DNA of 64,000 bases from the IMG/VR virus record IMGVR_UViG_3300025466_000015, one strand, 5' to 3'. Under the pieces are notes generated by a model that was given only the letters and a program-made list of their open reading frames with translations, searched no databases and had not been told where the DNA came from. This DNA comes from a virus. The position numbers were made by a program, and so were the translations under genes. Positions within the stretch are counted from its first letter, which is position 1; every line of letters starts with the position of its first letter. Below are positions 31,981 through 41,888 of the stretch, piece by piece.

Positions 31981-33165
31981 ATGGCCACAAAAATAACCGA
32001 TGATGGATTAAGTTCAACCGAAAGAACAAGACGCCAAGAATTAGGTTCAGCTTGGATTTTTAGACGAGCACTAAAAGATAATAGAAGATATACTAAATGG
32101 GAAGATATCACTAAAGATCCAAAATATTCTGAATTAGGTGGACCAAAGGGAATATATCCACAAATCACAGCTGATTGGTTACAAGTATTTTTTCTACAAC
32201 AAGAAAAGATGTTGGAAGAATTTTCCAATTCTAAATTCACAGAATTTAACAGAGAATATGGATTTATGGATTTTATTTCCAAATTAGTTAAAGACAAATA
32301 TGGAATTTCTAAAAAAGATACTTGGGATCCAGCTGATATTTGGTGTATACAGAATGAAAAAAAGGTTATTTCTGATATAGAAAAACTTGTTAAAAAAGGC
32401 GATTTTGATACGATACAACAATTAAATGCTTATCTGAGAACATTATTCAAAGAAAGAAAAGTTGTTGGTGTATCGTTAAAAAAAGTGTCGGGTAAACAAG
32501 CAAAATATGAAGAAGTTAATGTTAAAGATGTTGAATTTGAAGATACTAAAAAACCAAGCTTCACTTTAGACAAACTAAGAGTTGAATTGGCCTTACAAAC
32601 AGGAACATCAGCAGGTAAAAGTAAGCCAGTAAGTGCTGGAGCTGAATTTTGGTTAAAAGGTGAAGAAGGTGGAAAAGAAGTTACTTATAAAATAGATATA
32701 AGGGGTCAAAGTAGTTCAAAATATTCTTTTCAAAAATTTGAACCTAAATCATCTCTTGCCACGAAAGCTAGATTGGGTAAAGCTCAAGCTGATTACGTTA
32801 GACAATTGTTCAGAGAATATAAAGTGCCTATATTAGACTCAGCTTTAGATTATCCTTTAGATACAGCCGAGTTCTTAAAAAGAGAAGATGAATTTGTTAA
32901 AATGTTTAACACAATAAAATCCAAATCTTATATTGAAACTGGTATAAAAGATGAAAAAGAATTTATTAAAAATATGAGAGCTATGTTTGTAAATACTGAA
33001 AAAGGTAAACCAGTTACAGCAAATTCAAAATGTCAACAAGTTGCTATATTTGCTTCTTTAGCTAAATTAAGTAAGAAACAAGTCGAAGAATTGGGAACAA
33101 AACTTGTGTTTGCTGGTGCTAAAAAAGGTGGTGGTGAATACGGACCTTTTGGAAAACTATATTAA
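31981..33165 (+). CDS. Possible PD-(D/E)xK-like nuclease
   Basis: QE..WDPADIWC..VGVSLKK pattern; late promoter TATAAATA at 31886. Confidence 0.5.
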   Translation: MATKITDDGLSSTERTRRQELGSAWIFRRALKDNRRYTKWEDITKDPKYSELGGPKGIYPQITADWLQVFFLQQEKMLEEFSNSKFTEFNREYGFMDFISKLVKDKYGISKKDTWDPADIWCIQNEKKVISDIEKLVKKGDFDTIQQLNAYLRTLFKERKVVGVSLKKVSGKQAKYEEVNVKDVEFEDTKKPSFTLDKLRVELALQTGTSAGKSKPVSAGAEFWLKGEEGGKEVTYKIDIRGQSSSKYSFQKFEPKSSLATKARLGKAQADYVRQLFREYKVPILDSALDYPLDTAEFLKREDEFVKMFNTIKSKSYIETGIKDEKEFIKNMRAMFVNTEKGKPVTANSKCQQVAIFASLAKLSKKQVEELGTKLVFAGAKKGGGEYGPFGKLY

Positions 33166-33179
33166 ATTTAGGAATAATT

Positions 33180-33896
33180 ATGAATAAAGTGACTGTGATT
33201 ATACCAACAACTGGTGCACCAACTCTTAGAAGTGCTATAGAGTCTGTATTGAATCAAACCGAATCGACCACTTGTTATGTCGTTGTTGATGGTGAAAAGT
33301 TCAGGGGAGCTTCTAAGGTAATATTGGATGATTACCTTGGTAATCCTAATCTAAAGGTATCATACTTACCAATTAATGTTGGTGCTAATGGTTTTTACGG
33401 ACACCGTATATATGCTTCTTTTACCCACCTGATTGACACAGAATTTGTAGGATATTTGGATCAGGATTGTTGGTTGGAAAATAACCACATAGAAAGTTGT
33501 TTAAAAACAATGACTTCTACGAATGCTGATTGGGTTTATTCACTCAGAAAAATATGTGGTAAACTTGGCGACTACATTTGTAATGACGATTGTGAGTCTC
33601 TTGGTAAGTGGCAAACATATCATGGCATCAATCATATAGATACTAATTCATATTGCCTTAGAACAAAAGTTGCAATACAATTAGCTTCAGTATGGCATGG
33701 CGGTTGGGGCCAAGATAGAGTATTCTATTCAGCGTTACAACAATATTTCAAAAATTATGAATGTACTGGTAAATATACGGTTAATTATCGTGTTGATGGT
33801 AATGCAGGTTCTGTTAATGCCGATTTTTTCAAAAATGGTAATGAAGTGATGAATAAAAAATATAATGGAGTTTTCCCATGGCGAGCCGAGTCTTAA
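33180..33896 (+). CDS. Glycosyltransferase family 2
   Basis: VTVIIPT, AIESVLNQT, VVVDG, YLDQD. Confidence 0.85.
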   Translation: MNKVTVIIPTTGAPTLRSAIESVLNQTESTTCYVVVDGEKFRGASKVILDDYLGNPNLKVSYLPINVGANGFYGHRIYASFTHLIDTEFVGYLDQDCWLENNHIESCLKTMTSTNADWVYSLRKICGKLGDYICNDDCESLGKWQTYHGINHIDTNSYCLRTKVAIQLASVWHGGWGQDRVFYSALQQYFKNYECTGKYTVNYRVDGNAGSVNADFFKNGNEVMNKKYNGVFPWRAES

Positions 33897-34690
33897 TAGT
33901 TGGTGACAATAGTTTTATTGGCCGTAATTTCTACAATAGTATTTCTCTAGAGCATGATGATGTTCTTGCTCACATTGTACCTTATAGTCACTTACATCAT
34001 GTTGATTTAAAAAGATATGATGTGGTTATCAATTGTGCTATTGCGTATGAATATAAAACTCAAACCTATAATGAAGCCTATGACTTAGATTGGCTTGTTG
34101 GAGTGAAAGCTGCAGAATCTGGTTGTCATTATATTATGATGAGTACCAGAAAAGTTTATGGAAATTCACCTATAATAGCACGTTATAGCGAAAGGCATCC
34201 ATTAAATCCTTTTGATCGATATAGTGAAAACAAATCTCTCACAGAAAAATTCTTAACCGAAAATGTAGAAAATCTAACGATACTGAGGGGTTCAAACATT
34301 TATGGTTTTGAATTAGGTAGAAGTTCTTTTGTAGGTTATTGTATGAACCAACTAAAAGCTACTGGTACTATCAAATATGATATGGAAAAAAGTATCAAAC
34401 GAGACTTTATAAGTATAGAACGAGTTTGTGAATTGTTGAAAAAAATCTGTGAGATAAGACCAAAAGGAATATACAACTTGAGTTCTGATTTTGGATTGGA
34501 AATATCCAAGATAGCAAGAGGTCTTATTCTAGGTTATGGCCAAGGCAATTTCATTCAAGTAGATTCGCTTGCCAAGGAACAATTTATATTAGATAATACA
34601 AAGTTAGAAGATGCTTGTAATATGAAGATTAAAATTTCAAATTACAGTAATGATTTTTATAACATGGGAATAAAATTATGGATGATTTAG
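33878..34690 (+). CDS. NAD-dependent epimerase/dehydratase (extended SDR)
   Basis: LIVGDNSFIG, STRKVYG, YSENK (YxxxK), RGSNIYG, RDFI. Confidence 0.82.
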   Translation: MASRVLIVGDNSFIGRNFYNSISLEHDDVLAHIVPYSHLHHVDLKRYDVVINCAIAYEYKTQTYNEAYDLDWLVGVKAAESGCHYIMMSTRKVYGNSPIIARYSERHPLNPFDRYSENKSLTEKFLTENVENLTILRGSNIYGFELGRSSFVGYCMNQLKATGTIKYDMEKSIKRDFISIERVCELLKKICEIRPKGIYNLSSDFGLEISKIARGLILGYGQGNFIQVDSLAKEQFILDNTKLEDACNMKIKISNYSNDFYNMGIKLWMI

Positions 34691-35526
34691 TGATATCGGC
34701 TATATCGATATATGATTTTGAAAAGATTAAACATTGGGTTCATTCTTTAGAAAGAACGGGATATTCTGGTCGCAAAGGTATGATTGTGTTCAATGTCTTG
34801 GACGATACAATCGAAAAACTAAAAGATCACGGCTTTGAAATTTTTGTAGTGAGTCAACAAAGAAACAAAGAAAACAATGGATTTCATTTTGCTGATGGAT
34901 TTGGTTATCAAGTACCAACACTCAGACATTATTTCTATTGGAAATTCCTAAAAGACCTAAAAGACATTCGGTACGTCATCTCTACCGATGTTGATATTGT
35001 GTTTCAGTCTGATCCTTCTGAATGGCTGACCAAAAATATGGGTGATAAAAAACTTAATTATGGCGGTGAAGGTTTGAAATACAAAGACGAACCTTGGGGT
35101 TACGATAATATTGGTCAATGTTTTGGACCAGATATTCGAGATTACATGGCCGAAACACAAATCTATAACGCCGGATCAATGGCAGGTGAATTTAAAACAT
35201 TCATTGATTACTCTCTGACATTAGCATTAATGATTGAAGGCATCAGAAATCCTGTACCTGACCAAGCTGCTGTTAATGTGTTATTGTCAACTGAGCCGTA
35301 TAAGTCAATTACCAATTTCAATAGTGGTGATACTAATTGGGCTTGTCAATGTGGTACGATGGTTGATCCAAGTAAAATGAATCAATTTAAACCTAATCTA
35401 TTGTGTAAAGAACCAACATTTGAAGATGGATTTGTTTATAACAGTTTTGGTGAAAAATATGTGATGGTTCACCAATACAATAGGGTTCCAAATTGGAAAA
35501 AAATACTTGAGGAAAAATATGAGTGA
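34678..35526 (+). CDS. GT-A fold glycosyltransferase-like protein
   Basis: TDVDIVFQSDP, YNAG, DQAAVN, VHQYNR. Confidence 0.75.
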   Translation: MDDLVISAISIYDFEKIKHWVHSLERTGYSGRKGMIVFNVLDDTIEKLKDHGFEIFVVSQQRNKENNGFHFADGFGYQVPTLRHYFYWKFLKDLKDIRYVISTDVDIVFQSDPSEWLTKNMGDKKLNYGGEGLKYKDEPWGYDNIGQCFGPDIRDYMAETQIYNAGSMAGEFKTFIDYSLTLALMIEGIRNPVPDQAAVNVLLSTEPYKSITNFNSGDTNWACQCGTMVDPSKMNQFKPNLLCKEPTFEDGFVYNSFGEKYVMVHQYNRVPNWKKILEEKYE

Positions 35527-36358
35527 TATTACAATTGTAACAGCATTCTTTGATATTGGCCGTGGAAGATTGCCGAAAACCAAATATGGCCGAGTTCTTC
35601 CTTTTTATGAACATAGGTCTGTTGATACCTATTTTGAATTCTTTACAAATTTAGCCAAAATCAAAAATGACATGGTGATTTATACTTCACCTGATTTTGC
35701 TGAAAAAATTTATGATATTAGAAATAAATTTGGATTAGCTGATAAGACAACTGTTGTCGTTATGGATTCTTATATGCCAAAAGGCCTTGAGATTTATAAA
35801 GAAAGAACAGAAAAGGTCATGCAATCCGAAGATTACATTTCTAAAATTCAAAGACCTGAATTGATTGAATATTGGCACGCTGATTATGTATTGGTTAATA
35901 TGTTTAAATCACTTTATGTTAATCATGCAATTGAAAGTGGCCACGTTAAGACTGATGTGACAGCTTGGATAGATTTTGGTTATTGTCGTGATGGTAACAG
36001 GTTGCCAGAAAATAATGTTTGGTCATATGATTTTAATCCAGATAAAATACACTTCTTCAATATCAAGCCTATTGAAAAAGATAGACCTATTGTAGAAATT
36101 ATATCTACGGGTGATGTTTATATTATGGGATGCCATATGGTTGCTGGTACCAAAATGTGGCCAAGAGTTAGAGAATTAATATTTGGCAACTTTGAAGTTT
36201 TGTTAAATAACAATCTATGTGATGATGACCAAACGTTATTGTTGATGTCTTACTTGGTCACACCAGAAGAATTTGAATTGAGGTTCGTAGATCCATCCGA
36301 TTGGTTTATTATATTTAAGGATTATAATGATAGCAGTAATATCTCCACGAATTCATAA
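35519..36358 (+). CDS. HtrL/YibB (WlaTC) family glycosyltransferase-like protein
   Basis: ITIVTAFFDIGRG, AWIDFG, DDDQ. Confidence 0.82.
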   Translation: MSDITIVTAFFDIGRGRLPKTKYGRVLPFYEHRSVDTYFEFFTNLAKIKNDMVIYTSPDFAEKIYDIRNKFGLADKTTVVVMDSYMPKGLEIYKERTEKVMQSEDYISKIQRPELIEYWHADYVLVNMFKSLYVNHAIESGHVKTDVTAWIDFGYCRDGNRLPENNVWSYDFNPDKIHFFNIKPIEKDRPIVEIISTGDVYIMGCHMVAGTKMWPRVRELIFGNFEVLLNNNLCDDDQTLLLMSYLVTPEEFELRFVDPSDWFIIFKDYNDSSNISTNS

Positions 36359-37076
36359 TCTAGGCGATTTTGTTCATTGTTTGCCAGTTCTTTCTGGTTT
36401 ATATAAATTTACAAATCATAAAATGTGGTTTATTATTTGTAACAGACTAAAACGATTCAAAGGAATTAAAGATTTGTTACTAGCTCAAGAAATGTTTGAG
36501 AAAGTTACATTTGTTGATGAAGAATCAGTTAATTGGGAAAGATGTATATTAATTGATGACACCGGTAGTGATATAGGCTATGGATCACGACCAATTGTTC
36601 AACAAAGATATTATAATTTCATCAAAAATAATTATAGAATTAATTTTGAATTTGATGATGATTTTGAATTACAAGTACCAAAACTTGATATTGATTACCG
36701 TGAAAAACAATTAATTGTTGGAGATCGGTGGTCACCCAAGGATGCTCCAGATGTGGATGACCGTAGGAATTTTAATGTCATTGAATCTTCTGGTATAGTT
36801 AAAGATTATAATACCTTGTATCTTGACTACAAGAACGACTTGGTGTATAATTGTTCTTTAATCAAGTATAATCCCAATCCTTTCGTCACCACAATTACAG
36901 GAATTGGTATTGTAGCCGATTTGATGAAGAAAGATACTTATGTCCTATGGGACGAAGATATGAGGACATGGCAAGGAGATCCTGTTGACCATGTATTCAG
37001 ACTTCATCATTTTGAAAACCGAAATACCAAACTTGTCTACATCAAAGATTTCATATATGAAAATCAAACTGTTTAG
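36327..37076 (+). CDS. GT-B (GT9-like) glycosyltransferase-like protein
   Basis: HNLGDFVHCLPVL N-terminus; TGIGIVAD. Confidence 0.6.
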   Translation: MIAVISPRIHNLGDFVHCLPVLSGLYKFTNHKMWFIICNRLKRFKGIKDLLLAQEMFEKVTFVDEESVNWERCILIDDTGSDIGYGSRPIVQQRYYNFIKNNYRINFEFDDDFELQVPKLDIDYREKQLIVGDRWSPKDAPDVDDRRNFNVIESSGIVKDYNTLYLDYKNDLVYNCSLIKYNPNPFVTTITGIGIVADLMKKDTYVLWDEDMRTWQGDPVDHVFRLHHFENRNTKLVYIKDFIYENQTV

Positions 37077-37710
37077 CCATGCCGTATCATTAGATGGTAC
37101 AACACAAATCACAAAAACTCAAACAGATTTGCTTTTAAGTACTGGTTTAGCCGAAGCTGCTGAAATCAATATGATGTTACATTTTAAAGAAGAACCATTC
37201 TTATGGATGAAAGACAAGTTGCCTAACGCAAACTATAAAGTTTTTGATTCTTCTTATGGTCAATGGTTTGAAGGTACTACAATGCTTCATATACAAGAAT
37301 TGGTACACTCCACCGATGAAGAATTTTATGTTTGTTACATTCATCATAAAGGATTAACAAGTAATCTGACCGATTGGCGGACATATATGGAATATTGGAA
37401 CATTATTCGATGGAAAGATTGTGTTGCCAAATTAGATGAAGGTTATGATACTTGTGGTGCTTCGTTTTTAAATGATCCACCACATCCGTTCTATGCTGGA
37501 AATTTCTGGTGGGCCAGAGCTTCTTATCTTAGAAGGTGTAAAAGACTAAAAACTCCAAAAGAAAACAAGTTACAACCACAATTTTCTGGTCAACCACACC
37601 ATCGATTTGACTATGAATGTTGGCATGGTAGTGGTAACCCTAAAGCATACGATTTACATCCTGGTCCAAAAAATCGTTGGTATTGGCGTCCGGAAATGTA
37701 CCAAAAGTGA
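37057..37710 (+). CDS. Putative glycosyltransferase-like protein
   Basis: YIHHKG, WRTYMEY, FYAGNFWWARASYL; last gene of the sugar cluster. Confidence 0.55.
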   Translation: MKIKLFSHAVSLDGTTQITKTQTDLLLSTGLAEAAEINMMLHFKEEPFLWMKDKLPNANYKVFDSSYGQWFEGTTMLHIQELVHSTDEEFYVCYIHHKGLTSNLTDWRTYMEYWNIIRWKDCVAKLDEGYDTCGASFLNDPPHPFYAGNFWWARASYLRRCKRLKTPKENKLQPQFSGQPHHRFDYECWHGSGNPKAYDLHPGPKNRWYWRPEMYQK

Positions 37711-37763
37711 CTATGTATCAAACCGAATAATTTAAAAAATCGGTCATATGAGTTTAAAAGTTG

Positions 37764-37771
37764 TATAAATA
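37764..37771 (+). promoter_or_regulatory. T4-type late promoter
   Basis: Exact TATAAATA heading the internal-protein block. Confidence 0.78.
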
Positions 37772-37815
37772 AACCTACGGACAACCATAGTGTGTTGTAT
37801 TTCTAGGGAAAATCA

Positions 37816-39027
37816 ATGAAAACTTTTATATCGTTTCTGACTGAAGAAGCTGCTGATGAAGGCGGCCAGCTCAAACACATTCACCATGCTGAAGATAGAC
37901 CTTTAATGCACGGTCATGCTGGTTTTGAACATGCTTATGGTGCTTTACAACAAGCACACGAACATATTAAGGCTGGCCACAAAAGTAGTAATTTAACAAT
38001 GAAATATGATGGTTCTCCATCAATTGTCTTTGGTCACCATCCACATACTGGTAAATTCTTTGTTGCTTCCAAATCTGCTTTCAATAAGAATCCAAAGATT
38101 AACTACTCTGAAAAAGATATTCAGAAGAATCATGGCCATGCTCCAGGCTTAGTAAAAACTCTTAAACATGCACTCAAACACCTACCAAAAGTAACACCTA
38201 AAACTGGTGTTTATCAAGGTGATGTGATGCATCATGCAGAAACTAAGACATTAAAAGAAGAACATTTGTTTGAAGCTGCAAAAAATAAAGTATCTTTTAC
38301 ACCAAATACCATCACCTATACTGCACACGGTGATGAAGCTAAGAAAATTAACAAATCTAAGATTGGTGTCGTAGTTCACCAAAAATATAGTGATGACATG
38401 AAACATGCTTCACCTCATGTTGACCACCATAACTTTAAAGAACATCCAGATGTCCATATTCATGGTGCTGAACATGATACAAGTAAGGTTCAACACAGTC
38501 CGGAGAATGAACATGAGTTTCATAAACACATGGCTGCAGCTAAAGAGATACACGACACACATGGCCACAAAATGTATGATGCCGTTCATCATGCTCATGG
38601 TGGAGAATCCGGTCATCTATCCACTTACATTAATCATACAGTAAGACACGATCAGGTTCCAAGTGTTAAAGGATTCCAAGCACACCTTTATAGCCAACAT
38701 GAAAAAATGGCATCCAAAGTAAAATCGGATAAATCTAAGAATGAAAAACGTACTGAAGGTGAACACCAGATTAAACATGTGGAAAAAAATAAATCTGCAT
38801 ATGGCCATTTGTTCTCTATGCATCACCATTTACACCAAGCCAAGAATTCTTTGGTGAAATCATTGGAAACGCATGAGGGTAAATATGAACACCATATTGA
38901 AGGTAAGAAATCTAAACCAGAAGGTTTTGTGGTAAACCATAAACCAGAAGGCGGTAAAGAAGAACCAACAAAATTGGTAAATAGAGCTGAATTCGCTAAG
39001 GCCAATCTTTTAAAAGTTAGAAAATGA
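37816..39027 (+). CDS. DUF6267-like His-rich protein with ligase-type nucleotidyltransferase motifs; putative virion internal protein
   Basis: MKTFISFLTE leader; KYDG, QGD, EGFV, KLV; about 14% His. Confidence 0.65.
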   Translation: MKTFISFLTEEAADEGGQLKHIHHAEDRPLMHGHAGFEHAYGALQQAHEHIKAGHKSSNLTMKYDGSPSIVFGHHPHTGKFFVASKSAFNKNPKINYSEKDIQKNHGHAPGLVKTLKHALKHLPKVTPKTGVYQGDVMHHAETKTLKEEHLFEAAKNKVSFTPNTITYTAHGDEAKKINKSKIGVVVHQKYSDDMKHASPHVDHHNFKEHPDVHIHGAEHDTSKVQHSPENEHEFHKHMAAAKEIHDTHGHKMYDAVHHAHGGESGHLSTYINHTVRHDQVPSVKGFQAHLYSQHEKMASKVKSDKSKNEKRTEGEHQIKHVEKNKSAYGHLFSMHHHLHQAKNSLVKSLETHEGKYEHHIEGKKSKPEGFVVNHKPEGGKEEPTKLVNRAEFAKANLLKVRK

Positions 39028-41162
39028 AGTCGTTTTTAGATATAGTTCAAGAAGCCAAAAGTGATGAGGTGCATCATGTGATGACCTTTGGCCGGATGAA
39101 TCCGCCTACAACTGGCCACTTGAAGTTGATTGATAAAGTTAAAGATGTGGCTAAAAAGAATAATGCTGGTCACACAGTTGTCACATCACATTCACAAGAT
39201 GCAAAGAAGAATCCATTATCGGCAGCTCAGAAGATTAAACACCTAAAAAGATATTCTCCAGGTACTCACTTTGAAGCTTCCAACAAAGAACATCCAACAT
39301 TCTTACATCACGCAGCCAAAATCCACAAGAAAGGCGTAACTCACCTTCACATGGTGGTTGGTTCTGACCGTGTTAAAGAAATGAGAGAGAAGTTGCACAG
39401 ATATAATGGTACACATGAAGGTGCCTTGTATAACTTCAAAAAGATTACAGTTCACTCAGCTGGTGAAAGAGATCCTGATGCTGAAGGTGATACTGGTATG
39501 TCTGGTACCAAGATGAGAGAACATGCCAAGAATAAAGATATGAAATCTTTTAGACAAGGCGTTCCACATCATGTTTCTGATGAACATGCAAAAGAATTGA
39601 TGCATGATACTCGTAAAGGTATGGGTTTACATGAAGATATTTACCGTGGCGTATTCAAGGCCATCTTTGTAACTGGTGGACCTGGTTCTGGTAAAGATAT
39701 TGTTATTCGTGAAGCTATTGCTGAGGCCAGAGCTGTTGAATTAAACTCCGTACAAGCATTTGAATACTTGGCCGATAAACAAAAGTTATCCGAAAGAACT
39801 AATGATTTCCGTAGAGAAGCCATTAGAACAAGGTCACCATTGATTATTAATGGACCTGCTGATGATGCTCAACGTATTGTTTATGTTAAAGAAGAATTAG
39901 AAGATTTAGGTTATGAAACCATGATGGTTTTTGTTAACACAACTGATGAGGTGAGTAAAGAGAGAAACGAAAAACTTAAAAGGACAATTGGTGAATCTGT
40001 ACGTCACGATAAATGGATTCAGTCACAAAACCTTAAAGAATCATACTCTCAGAACTTTACCACTTTTATGAACTTTGATAATGATGGTTCCTATGAACAG
40101 ATAGAGGAAGACATTACTGACACATATCAAAGCATAAATCGCTTTTTTGACAAATCTCCATATAATGATGTTGCATTTTCATGGTTAGAAAATCGTGGAA
40201 AGTTAAATACTGGTGTTAACTCTAATCTTTTTAAGGAAGAAAAAAATGTTTCAAAAAATTCTAAATCTATTCAAACTAAAACCGCTGCCAAATACAACCC
40301 AGCCTATCGAGCAGCCGGCCCAAGTGACATCCCCCCAGATAACGACAAGTCCGGTGGCGGAAACCCGGACGATGTTAAATTCAACGCCGTCAAACGTACA
40401 GGTACCTATACCTTCAGAACTTACTCCGAGTCCCGTGACTCCGGCTCCTTCAATTCAGGTAACGACAACAGAAGTTACGGCACAGCCCCAACCCTCCAAG
40501 CGGGGAAGAAAGCCAAAGAATCAAGGTTCCAACAAGACAACGACAAAACGAAAAGGTTAAAAAGAGGTGATACTTCTTTAAAAGCCACTAGAGTTGGTAG
40601 GCCTGACGGTGTTGGGTCTACAATTAATACTAGAGGTTATGATGGTTTAACTGGTGGTGCAGGCCTTGGTGACGCTACATACAGAGAAGAAACGAAACCA
40701 AAATTAATCAAAAAAGATAGACTAGGTCCAGAATATTCTACAAGTAACAGACCAACTGGTGATACCGCAGGTCCAAGACCAAGTAATAACTTTGTTGGTG
40801 AAAAACGTAAGTTTAAGAGTACTGTCATTAAAGAGTTTAATGGATTCCAAAATGATGTGGAGTCTGGTGTTGGTGGTACGTTAGGTGGTTCTGGTAACAT
40901 GGAGAAAATGGACTCCTATAAAGACCAAATGCGTAACATCGGTACTGAAGTCAAAGTTAAGAAGAAGAAAAAATTAAAAGAGAATCATGTAAGAGAACTT
41001 GAAAAAGGTTTACAACAATTGAACAGTCACGATTATGACACAATTCATAATCTAATGATGAAAGTATCTAAAGACCATGGCGTAACTGGTAAACAACTTC
41101 ATAATGATTTCAAATCTGAACATGGTAAAACACCTGATAACTGGATTAAGGAAAAGAAATGA
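39024..41162 (+). CDS. Cytidylyltransferase-like (HxGH) domain fused to a P-loop kinase and low-complexity tail; putative internal polyprotein
   Basis: MKSFLDIVQE leader; FGRMNPPTTGH, VGSDR, MSGTKMR; KAIFVTGGPGSGKD. Confidence 0.75.
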   Translation: MKSFLDIVQEAKSDEVHHVMTFGRMNPPTTGHLKLIDKVKDVAKKNNAGHTVVTSHSQDAKKNPLSAAQKIKHLKRYSPGTHFEASNKEHPTFLHHAAKIHKKGVTHLHMVVGSDRVKEMREKLHRYNGTHEGALYNFKKITVHSAGERDPDAEGDTGMSGTKMREHAKNKDMKSFRQGVPHHVSDEHAKELMHDTRKGMGLHEDIYRGVFKAIFVTGGPGSGKDIVIREAIAEARAVELNSVQAFEYLADKQKLSERTNDFRREAIRTRSPLIINGPADDAQRIVYVKEELEDLGYETMMVFVNTTDEVSKERNEKLKRTIGESVRHDKWIQSQNLKESYSQNFTTFMNFDNDGSYEQIEEDITDTYQSINRFFDKSPYNDVAFSWLENRGKLNTGVNSNLFKEEKNVSKNSKSIQTKTAAKYNPAYRAAGPSDIPPDNDKSGGGNPDDVKFNAVKRTGTYTFRTYSESRDSGSFNSGNDNRSYGTAPTLQAGKKAKESRFQQDNDKTKRLKRGDTSLKATRVGRPDGVGSTINTRGYDGLTGGAGLGDATYREETKPKLIKKDRLGPEYSTSNRPTGDTAGPRPSNNFVGEKRKFKSTVIKEFNGFQNDVESGVGGTLGGSGNMEKMDSYKDQMRNIGTEVKVKKKKKLKENHVRELEKGLQQLNSHDYDTIHNLMMKVSKDHGVTGKQLHNDFKSEHGKTPDNWIKEKK
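40246..40560 (+). CDS. Nested out-of-frame 104-aa Pro/Thr-rich protein with basic KRGRKPK tail
   Basis: SD AAGGA, ATG, amphipathic MFQKILNLFK; local C-rich composition shift. Confidence 0.55.
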   Translation: MFQKILNLFKLKPLPNTTQPIEQPAQVTSPQITTSPVAETRTMLNSTPSNVQVPIPSELTPSPVTPAPSIQVTTTEVTAQPQPSKRGRKPKNQGSNKTTTKRKG

Positions 41163-41869
41163 TATCATTCAAAGAATTCATTACTGAAAAGTGTTGGACT
41201 GGATATAAAAGAGTTCCAGGTACAAAAGCATATTCTCCCGGTTCTTGTGAAAAAGAAGAAGTTGAAAAACCAACAGGCAAACTAAAAGATGCTTGTTGGA
41301 CGGGTTATACGGCTGTTGGAACAAAAAAGAAAGATGGTAGAACAGTTCCTAATTGTGTACCAGAAGAAGTTGAAATGGAAGCTTACCATGATCCTTGGAA
41401 AGACAAATATTTTGGTCCAGGAGAAGTAGTCAAACAAAAATATAGAGTTAAGACAGATGACAAAACATATAATGTTAGAGCTGATACCGAAAAACATGCA
41501 CACGAATTGGTAACTAAACATGCTCCTGACTCCACAATTATTTCTATTCAACATAAAGGTTCCGCAAGATGGTCGGAACAAGTTGAAATAGACGAAACTG
41601 CAGCTTGGCAAAGAAAAGCTGGAAAAGATCCAAAAGGTGGCTTAAATAGAAAAGGTATTGCTTCTTATCGTAGAGAGCATCCAGGTTCTAAACTAAGTAT
41701 GGCTGTAACAACAAAGCCATCTAAGTTAAAAAAGGGTAGTAAAGCGGCTAATCGTAGAAAATCATTTTGTGCTAGAATGTCTGGCATGAAAAGAAGACTA
41801 ACATCAGCTAAGACTGCAAGAGATCCAAATTCTAGGATCAATAAGTCATTGAGAAAATGGAATTGCTAA
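41159..41869 (+). CDS. DUF6321-like protein with two CWTGY repeats; putative internal protein
   Basis: MISFKEFITE leader; AAWQRKAGKDPKGGLN..RRKSFCARM..LRKWNC. Confidence 0.7.
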   Translation: MISFKEFITEKCWTGYKRVPGTKAYSPGSCEKEEVEKPTGKLKDACWTGYTAVGTKKKDGRTVPNCVPEEVEMEAYHDPWKDKYFGPGEVVKQKYRVKTDDKTYNVRADTEKHAHELVTKHAPDSTIISIQHKGSARWSEQVEIDETAAWQRKAGKDPKGGLNRKGIASYRREHPGSKLSMAVTTKPSKLKKGSKAANRRKSFCARMSGMKRRLTSAKTARDPNSRINKSLRKWNC

Positions 41870-41888
41870 AAATTAGGAGTATAATAAG

